A stretch of 34,771 nt of DNA from IMG/VR virus record IMGVR_UViG_3300043781_000064, positions 1 to 34,771 of that record; one strand, 5' to 3'. This document shows, piece after piece, positions 29,101 to 34,771 of the stretch. Source of the DNA: a virus (Duplodnaviria; Caudoviricetes). How positions within the stretch are numbered: position 1 is the stretch's first letter; each line of letters starts with the position of its first letter. The notes beneath the pieces are model-generated. The model saw only the letters and a program-made list of their open reading frames with translations, was not told the origin of the DNA and made no database searches. A program made the translations under genes and the position numbers.

Positions 29101-29577
29101 GGTGGTCAAACTGTCATTGCATTTGATAACAATGGGGCATATTCTTTACCAAAGGCAAGAACATACATTCCTAATCTGACAGCAAATTCCTTGACCGTTA
29201 CTGGCTCAAAGAATGCCATTGTACCAACATCAGCTGGTGCAACGCTTGTCAATGCGTACGAAACAGCAGAGTATTACTTTGGCGACATTGGTGAGGGCAC
29301 TACTGATAAAAAATGTGTTGTGCAAGTAACGATTGACCCGCTGTTTTTAGAAACTGTCAATACGTCAGTTCCATATCAAGTCTTTGTAAGCTCATATGAC
29401 AACGCTACGGTTTGGGTGGAATCAAGAACAGCTAATATTTTTGTTGTTCGTTCAAGTAAACCTAATGTATCGTTCTGTTGGGAACTGAAGGCCAAGCGCA
29501 AAGGATATGAACATAGCAGATTGGAAGTTGACGATTCAATTAGTGCAGAAGATTTAAGAAAGGCAGCAAAGAAATGA
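26176..29577 (+). CDS. Tal/tail spike: hub domain, coiled coil, beta-helix repeats, C-terminal chaperone-like domain
   Basis: GKRFEYGSNL, TALIGRG, LGDTV, EGDLWY; SADKITSGTLDA repeats; KNAIVPT..AYETAEYYFGD. Confidence 0.88.
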   Translation: MKMFLFDRNQKVKRWLVDRDFIEAKMVEQINAADQLTFSVPLNKRLPSSYFYAAIPQPRGSGYLLFKIVTEKVSSDQIEYTAIESAYDELKSYHYIKDVRPENRKAGELLRTALEGTRWQVGQTYDSGTFSTNFYYISTLEAIQKIVELCGLEVTFEITLNPKTHQIEHRLVNLYAQQGQRTGKRFEYGSNLLTVEREESAENLITALIGRGKGEAVYHEDNTAEETPDGYGRRINFADVVWSKKNGNPADKPVGQEYVEDVDATAKYGFDDGKPRIGIEIFEDITDPVELLKATWSALQTLKRPQASFRASVMDVGDLGLGDTVAIVRHDIKIEYFTRVYKVTHNLLDERQNTIELGDDFSGNSITSTVNDLGKSVGTVERIANYAAVSANGKNANYYGQAQPINPMEGDLWYKDLGNGETDMYQYHAGNWILITSTRDLHNVEKQVKQAQDDFTTAWNKAVAADSSAAKAQQRADSVGQQLQSAQADFDSKLSAASASASAANDKAMQAANAAQNDVNAQIKELNDYKDTVDKTYVAKGTVISNVNTEADASIFSTNNKLYMDVATTVFSGKAFIPDAAIIDLTASKLTAGTIDASKISVVNLNASNINTGSLNAGLIKVGSMSADRIVGGTLDFKNIAVSNLSAGSIVSGTLDAAKVSVINLNASNIKTGTLDASLIKAGAMSADRISGGTLDFSKVNAASLSADKITSGTLDAGNVNVINLNADNITSGTINGQNLKINLNTGEILFQKGKIASTNGLLNINVDDGTMSVTNSLNEGAFFKNGNIELTNFALWDKGDIPAYGKIAFAENMFELGNNGIEIQGKKGWIIHSENFDYNKFPLQYLWTMEKNGTSIGADEKYMALQAYSGVSITAGAFLPTLESALSTSFKTAPYLNLGFNRDATYHNPAFVANSNAYEFSVDNTGTLMKYGRVYLNDSDYTYQFYVDLPWNSHIKLADDMGHDGRNAYFDVSVGGQTVIAFDNNGAYSLPKARTYIPNLTANSLTVTGSKNAIVPTSAGATLVNAYETAEYYFGDIGEGTTDKKCVVQVTIDPLFLETVNTSVPYQVFVSSYDNATVWVESRTANIFVVRSSKPNVSFCWELKAKRKGYEHSRLEVDDSISAEDLRKAAKK
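27925..28400 (+). repeat. Degenerate 15/20-aa coding repeats (ADxIxSGTLDA..V.NL)
   Basis: Visible in the tail spike translation. Confidence 0.8.
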
Positions 29578-29729
29578 ACGAAAATGCAAATGTAAATGCA
29601 AACGAAGTAATCAAGAGCTTGCTTCAAAAGCTGACATCGGCAGAATACACAAATGCAGTGTTGGAAGCCAAACTGTCAGAAACGATGAAAGAGAACGAAC
29701 AGTTGAAGAAAGGAAAAGGTGACAAATAA
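29574..29729 (+). CDS. 51-aa coiled-coil protein
   Basis: ATGA overlap with the spike; MNENANVNANEVIKSLLQKL... Confidence 0.7.
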   Translation: MNENANVNANEVIKSLLQKLTSAEYTNAVLEAKLSETMKENEQLKKGKGDK

Positions 29730-30010
29730 TGGCACTTACAAAAGAAAAGACGGTCAATCTGTCTGGCCGATCAGTAATCAATAACGTAGAAGTTGCACGG
29801 TTTTCTGCTCAGGTAGCAACTGACATCAATTCAGCTACAACGACCAACACGTATATCAACGATCAGACTGCATATCGCAAGAACATCAAACAAGTACGGG
29901 ATGATTCTGATGCCTTCCGTACTTATGTACGTGCAGAAGAAGATAAGTTGTTTGCTGAGACTACTGACACAGATACCGAGGATTCAGCCAAGGATTCAGC
30001 TACGGAATAA
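29729..30010 (+). CDS. Small tail-associated hypothetical protein
   Basis: MALTKEKTVNLSGRS; TAATG coupling. Confidence 0.75.
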   Translation: MALTKEKTVNLSGRSVINNVEVARFSAQVATDINSATTTNTYINDQTAYRKNIKQVRDDSDAFRTYVRAEEDKLFAETTDTDTEDSAKDSATE

Positions 30011-30048
30011 AAAATACGTGGTCGCCATAGAAATAAACAGTTCAAAAT

Positions 30049-30080
30049 AAAAAAGCGTGTGAAAGATCATACGCTTTTTT
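30049..30080 (+). terminator. Terminator before the lysis genes
   Basis: AAAAAAGCGTGTGA-AAGA-TCATACGCTTTTTT. Confidence 0.75.
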
Positions 30081-30111
30081 GTTTGGGCGGCCTTGAAGGG
30101 AGATTTTAAGC

Positions 30112-30531
30112 GTGCCTTATCATATTTTAATGTTTCGCCAAGTTCAGCAGATGGTTGATGATCCGCTTATCATTGCGTTTACTTGGTGCGTAATTACCGA
30201 CGTAGTTACTGGATATATCAGATCAGCATTTATCCGTAAAACCAACTCAACCAAAGGGCTTTTAGGATTAATTAAACATACATTAGTTCTGGTTAGCATC
30301 ATCAGTATCTATCCATATCTCATTAGTCTAGGTTTTGACTGGTTAGCGCAAACGATGGTGTGGGGCTTTATCATTAACTATTTGACATCGATTGTCGAGA
30401 ACTGGGGAGAGATGGGGTTGTATTTACCGCCGCAGATCAAAAGCTTTTTAGTCAAGTTGCAGTCTGATTACGATGCAACTGATTACAGTGCAATCACGGG
30501 TGCGAAGAAAGGAGATCACAAAAATGGCTAA
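30112..30531 (+). CDS. Holin (phage holin 4 / Dp-1-like)
   Basis: DVVTGY, NSTKGLLGLIKH, SIVENWGEMG; three TM segments. Confidence 0.9.
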   Translation: MPYHILMFRQVQQMVDDPLIIAFTWCVITDVVTGYIRSAFIRKTNSTKGLLGLIKHTLVLVSIISIYPYLISLGFDWLAQTMVWGFIINYLTSIVENWGEMGLYLPPQIKSFLVKLQSDYDATDYSAITGAKKGDHKNG

Positions 30532-31453
30532 TCTTGTTATGGACGTATCCGGGTATCAACCAGATACGATCAGTTTTTTTCAAGCTGCTAAAAACGCAGG
30601 CGTTAAAGCAGTCATCGTTAAGCTAACGCAAGGCTCGGCAGATGGCGATGCGTATGTCAATCCTAAAGCACAAGCCCAAATTAATAACGCGCGGGTGGTG
30701 GGACTGCTCGTACATGGTTATCACTACGCACGTTTTAATGGCGCACAAGACGCACGCAACGAAGCTAAATGGTTTGTTGATCATGCAAAGCAGTTTGGAC
30801 TGGGACCTGATTCTGTTATGGCGCTGGACATTGAGGATAGAGCCAACGCTAAATACGCTACTAATGATGCTAATACGTTTTTGCAAGCCGTTAAAGATTC
30901 TGGTTATCCTAAAGTTGACATCTACTCAATGGCATCTTGGTTTTGGCAAGGACGTCTTAATGCGGCTAATTTGATTGCTAAAAACAAATGGGTTGCGAAC
31001 TACGGTGTATCACAACCAGGTGTTGACAACGTGGGTACGTGGCAGTTCTCCAGTGACTACAACATCGCTGGCAATGGTGTTGATATGTCATATGACTTTA
31101 GCGGTTTTTACACTAATGCTGCTACTACGCCGGAATCTAAAACGGTTACCGACACGCCAACACCTAAACCAGTTGCTGCACCTAAGGCTTGGGTAGACAA
31201 CTTAGGCGACAAGTGGACGGCTGAAGACGGCAAATTTATTGTCGGTCCAAACTACACACTGCATCTGCGTTGGGGTGCTCGACCTAGCGCTTCTGCGATC
31301 GGTATGCTTACTGCTGGTAGTGTAGTTAAGTATGATGCCTGGTCTCGGGGCAAAGAGTTCGTATACGTACGACAGCCACGCGCTAATGGCCAATATGGGT
31401 ATGTAGCTGTCAGAGACTCTAAAACCGGAGAAGCATTTGGCAAGTTTGAATAG
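30524..31453 (+). CDS. Endolysin, GH25 muramidase + PT linker + SH3-like domain
   Basis: DVSGYQ, VKLTQG, GYHYARF, ALDIE, WQFSS; VKYDAW..YVRQPR. Confidence 0.95.
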   Translation: MANLVMDVSGYQPDTISFFQAAKNAGVKAVIVKLTQGSADGDAYVNPKAQAQINNARVVGLLVHGYHYARFNGAQDARNEAKWFVDHAKQFGLGPDSVMALDIEDRANAKYATNDANTFLQAVKDSGYPKVDIYSMASWFWQGRLNAANLIAKNKWVANYGVSQPGVDNVGTWQFSSDYNIAGNGVDMSYDFSGFYTNAATTPESKTVTDTPTPKPVAAPKAWVDNLGDKWTAEDGKFIVGPNYTLHLRWGARPSASAIGMLTAGSVVKYDAWSRGKEFVYVRQPRANGQYGYVAVRDSKTGEAFGKFE

Positions 31454-31463
31454 GAGTGATTAG

Positions 31464-33206
31464 ATGACACTATTTGACATCGCGTATGATGATTTCAAAC
31501 GTGAAGATACGACTAACGTTATCACTATTACTCTGTATACTGATGACAGACAGCCGATCACACCTGATGCCAGCCACACGTGGAAGGCAAAAGTATCTAA
31601 GGAAGACAAATATGTCGGCGAGTACCCGGTAACAATCTCTGGTGACACAATCAAGTTATCATCGAGTAACTTAACTCGGTTGCCGAACGGTGACTATGGT
31701 CTAGAACTGTGGGAAACATATAGCGGATCTACCACTATCTATCCATCAGCCGGAGTGATGGAGTTTCGAGTACACAGAAATGCCAATGATACACTGGGGA
31801 CAATTGATCCGACTACTGATATCAACGCCATCATTGATGACCTGCATAAAGCCGGACAAAACATCAAAGTAGTTGCCACTAATACGTTGCCTGCTGGAAG
31901 CAAGGCGTCAGTAACGCAGTCTATCGCTAATGGTGAAAACCAACTAACGTTTAACATTCCACAAGGTATTCAAGGCGAGCAGGGTAATGTCGGCCCAGCA
32001 CCTACGTTAAAAGTCGGGACGGTAACTAAGCTGAATCCCGACCAGGCACCAACAGCAAATCTAAGTGGTGGTAATGGTAGTTACACGCTTAATCTGGGTA
32101 TTCCGCAGGGGGTACAGGGAGAAACAAACGCTACTGCTATTAATGCTTTGAATGCCACCAACGCAATTCGTGAACAAATCACAGCTGTTTTAAATGCGCT
32201 TGGTGATGTATCAGTACCTAGTGTTGCTATGCAAAGCAACAGCTACATTACACCAAGTGGTGAACTTGCTACCTATGGCAGTAGTCTATCAGCTAGTGAC
32301 TATGTACCAGTCAAAGTGGGCCAGCTGGTTATCTTACAAAACGTAAGCGGAAACGATAATCGTTCTGCTGCTTTATATGATGCTAATAAGCATCTACTAA
32401 AGTCTTATAAGTATGACAGCCAACCCGTTCGGCAGATCCCAGTATCACAAGATGGATATATCAGATATACCAATAACAACGGCGAAACAACGATTACGAT
32501 TTTCACGCCGCGTTTCGCAATTAAAGATAATGTGGTCGCCAATCCCTACGCAGATATGTCACTTTTTCAAAAAGTCGGAGTGATCGGCGATTCTTATGCG
32601 TCTGGGGAGCTAGTTACTTACAATGATACAGTACCAACGTTTACCGACCACTATGAAATTTCTTGGGGACAAATTCTAGCCCGCAAGCATGGCTTTAAGT
32701 GCATCAACTATTCGGCAGGTGGCAAAACCACCGCTAGTTGGCTTGCAGACGCCAATCACGGTTTGCAAAAACTATTGTCAGATGATCCTTGCGAGTTGTA
32801 CATTCTGGCGCTTGGCATCAACGATCGTGATCACTTTGAGCTAGGGACTACTGATGATATCTCGACCGATGGTACAGGTACCGCTCAAAGCTTTTACGGA
32901 TGTTATAGCAGAATCATCTATAATATCATCGCTCATGCGCCAAAAGCTAAGCTGATCTTGTCAACGCTTGCCGCAACGGATGATAAATCTGAAAAATTTA
33001 ACCAAGCAATTATTGATTTGGCTACTGCTTTTAAGATTGCATATATCAAGCAGTCTGATGATGCATACTTTACTAGCGCCGCATATAAAAATATGCAGGG
33101 TGGTCACCCGCGTGCTGTGGGGTACTCAGGCATGGCAGCTGCACTTGATCGTTTAATTGTAAAACGTATGGTTAACGACAGTTACTTTAACGACCTGTTT
33201 ATGTAG
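31464..33206 (+). CDS. BppU-like/collagen-motif protein with a C-terminal SGNH esterase
   Basis: IYPS N-domain, IPQGIQGEQG motifs, IGDSY / SAGG / LGIND / GHP blocks. Confidence 0.8.
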   Translation: MTLFDIAYDDFKREDTTNVITITLYTDDRQPITPDASHTWKAKVSKEDKYVGEYPVTISGDTIKLSSSNLTRLPNGDYGLELWETYSGSTTIYPSAGVMEFRVHRNANDTLGTIDPTTDINAIIDDLHKAGQNIKVVATNTLPAGSKASVTQSIANGENQLTFNIPQGIQGEQGNVGPAPTLKVGTVTKLNPDQAPTANLSGGNGSYTLNLGIPQGVQGETNATAINALNATNAIREQITAVLNALGDVSVPSVAMQSNSYITPSGELATYGSSLSASDYVPVKVGQLVILQNVSGNDNRSAALYDANKHLLKSYKYDSQPVRQIPVSQDGYIRYTNNNGETTITIFTPRFAIKDNVVANPYADMSLFQKVGVIGDSYASGELVTYNDTVPTFTDHYEISWGQILARKHGFKCINYSAGGKTTASWLADANHGLQKLLSDDPCELYILALGINDRDHFELGTTDDISTDGTGTAQSFYGCYSRIIYNIIAHAPKAKLILSTLAATDDKSEKFNQAIIDLATAFKIAYIKQSDDAYFTSAAYKNMQGGHPRAVGYSGMAAALDRLIVKRMVNDSYFNDLFM

Positions 33207-33246
33207 TTTTTTTAAGTCGCCTAAGAAAGATAACAGTACCTTATGT

Positions 33247-33275
33247 AGGCTCGGCTTTGATGCCGGGCCTTTTTT
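33247..33275 (+). terminator. Late operon terminator
   Basis: AGGCTCGGC-TTTGAT-GCCGGGCCT followed by a T run. Confidence 0.8.
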
Positions 33276-33288
33276 ATAACAATTGAAT

Positions 33289-33376
33289 AAGCCCTACACA
33301 TGGCACCCAAAAACATCAAGAAAGAAAAGAGGTGAGTCCTCTCCTTAATTGACACTAGCCGTGTGTAGGGCTTTTT
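33289..33376. other. 16-bp stem with a 53-nt structured loop
   Basis: AAGCCCTACACATGGC / GCCGTGTGTAGGGCTT; inner AGAGG-TGAGT-CCTCT. Confidence 0.7.
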
Positions 33377-33584
33377 CTCTTATTAGGAAAGCATGAGTCG
33401 TTACTACAGAAGGCATGGAAGCTGCAACCAGCGTTAAGGATCTAATAAAAAAATTTGAATTTAAAAAATAGCAATGTTAGAATCTGACTGTAAAGAAAAA
33501 AACACACCACAAACTTGTGGCGTGTTTAAAATAGTTAAGGCTTGTCCTAGACCTTGCTATACTATCTGTACTAGTGTCAGCTTA

Positions 33585-33614
33585 AAAAGCTCTGTTCCCA
33601 GCAGGGCTTTTTTT
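33585..33614. terminator. Bidirectional terminator
   Basis: AAAAAGCTCTGTT-CCC-AGCAGGGCTTTTTTT. Confidence 0.7.
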
Positions 33615-33705
33615 AATGAAAGATAACAGCCATTAAAGCACAAAATGCGATAAATGCAGTTACGAGCAAAACGCCAAACTGCACAGGCTGTGATAATCCA
33701 TGCAT
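33613..33705 (-). CDS. 30-aa single-TM peptide, type I toxin-like
   Basis: MHGLSQPVQFGVLLVTAFIAFCALMAVIFH*; AAAGGT upstream; stop abuts a terminator. Confidence 0.55.
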   Translation of the reverse strand: MHGLSQPVQFGVLLVTAFIAFCALMAVIFH

Positions 33706-34207
33706 AGCTTCAATGACCTTAGCTAATCCGTTGAACATATAGAACAACAGCAGCATGCTCCTTTATAGACTCGAAGCATGCGTTTTAAATAGCACAACTT
33801 CGGCATAAGAACCACCTCACTTTCTGACTCATTCAAAGTGAGCATAGCAAGGTGCATGCCTTAACAGACTGATTATACTATAAAAGAACATAAAATTCAG
33901 ATTGAAAATTCGTCTAGCTTTATTCCTGAAAAGTAATATACTATAAGAGAAAATAGCTAGTCATTCTACGGGATCTAGTTATAGTGCGCACGATAAAAGC
34001 CCTTCTTAGCATATTGCTGAGTGGGGCATTTTTATGGTACTAAAGATAGACTTGTGAAGTGGTTGACTGGAAGCAAAATGGCAACAGAAAATAGAACATT
34101 TAATGATATTGTGATGAATGTTTATAATGCTGTATAATTGTAGCAAATTGAACAGTGGCGTAGGATTAAAACTATTACTGCATAATAGTGAATGCCACCA
34201 TTAATTC

Positions 34208-34264
34208 CGTGAACGTACTGGTAAGTCCGCTCGTATTCCTGAACGCCGTCGCGACGTTAAGTAG
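34208..34264 (+). other. rplS: attP region carrying the 3' end of ribosomal protein L19
   Basis: Translates RERTGKSARIPERRRDVK*, matching the L19 C-terminus after KLYYL; no upstream rplS sequence. Confidence 0.85.
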
Positions 34265-34278
34265 TCGAGTGTCGACCC

Positions 34279-34309
34279 AAACCCTTGCTGTGCAAGGGTT
34301 TTTCTTTTT
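34279..34309 (+). terminator. Terminator between the rplS fragment and the convergent integrase
   Basis: AAACCCTTGC-TGT-GCAAGGGTTT followed by TTCTTTTT. Confidence 0.8.
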
Positions 34310-34378
34310 GCCAGATTTTTAAAATATCGATTGAGTTTGTGAATTTTTGCCAAATATTTGCTTGTGGTAGCAAACTGG

Positions 34379-34771
34379 TCACAAATTTTCCAATTGACCA
34401 CGATTTTTCACAATCGCTTTGTGAGTAACGTGTGTGTAGATTTCTTGAGTAACCCGGCTGTTAGAGTGACCAACCCGCTGCTGGATGACATACATGGGCA
34501 CGCCTAGCTCAGCCAACTTTGAGATGTGCGTGTGGCGAAAGGTGTGTGGGCTGACTGGCTTGTCAATTTTTAGCTTTTTAGCTGCATTACGCAAAAAAGT
34601 ATTGAACGCTGAAATTTGAATCGGTGTATGATGCTTAGTAGTGAATAGATAGCCATGCCCATCAGCATAAGCGTACCGATCACGATATATTTCGACTGCC
34701 CGTCTGGAGAGCGCAACATCGCGCATTCCGGCGGGCGTTTTTGTTTGATCAGTTTTATGCCATTCGTTCAT
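34379..34771 (-). CDS. int: Tyrosine integrase, C-terminal part (cut by window edge)
   Basis: TKT, HTFRHTH, RVGHS, IYTH catalytic motifs. Confidence 0.95.
   Translation of the reverse strand: MNEWHKTDQTKTPAGMRDVALSRRAVEIYRDRYAYADGHGYLFTTKHHTPIQISAFNTFLRNAAKKLKIDKPVSPHTFRHTHISKLAELGVPMYVIQQRVGHSNSRVTQEIYTHVTHKAIVKNRGQLENL

Larger units (their letters stand above)
1..34771. mobile_element. Temperate siphophage genome, nearly complete, attP configuration
   Basis: Complete canonical module order from lysogeny to lysis; integrase 3' end lies downstream of the lysis module; no host genes apart from an rplS 3' fragment. Confidence 0.95.

Noticed and set aside
26176-33206. Diversity-generating retroelement or invertible tail cassette
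   Set aside because: No reverse transcriptase, invertase or template/variable repeat pair seen
34248-34261. GTCGCGACGTTAAG as a sixth copy of the leader motif
   Set aside because: Loop too short to fold and the sequence is explained by rplS codons

Overview
Near-complete genome of a temperate siphophage of Lactobacillaceae type (host inferred from gene families). Gene order: lysogeny module (- strand accessory genes, ImmA-like protease, CI), Cro, antirepressor, RecT plus nuclease, replication initiator, RusA, ArpU-type late activator, a ~800-nt non-coding structured region with tRNA-Ser(GCT), two AT-rich accessory genes, packaging, SPP1-type head, TP901-1-like tail, holin, lysin, an SGNH-domain gene, a small-RNA/toxin-like region, and the 3' end of a tyrosine integrase. 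The lysis-integrase junction carries only the last 18 codons of ribosomal protein L19 (rplS), so the sequence is in the attP (excised or tandem-junction) state. The most unusual element is 11136-11963: wall-to-wall hairpins in which one real tRNA sits among four D-arm-less tRNA-like units (acceptor stem + T-arm with different inserts), several of whose loops read as antisense to translation starts. Other notable items are a recurrent GTC..GACGTTAAA pseudoknot-like leader motif (5 copies), a decapitated Abi-alpha-like remnant between 28-bp direct repeats, and a type I toxin-like peptide. Single-base indels in the minor head, capsid, chaperone and tape-measure genes look like sequencing error. 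All calls come from reading the sequence; no searches were run.
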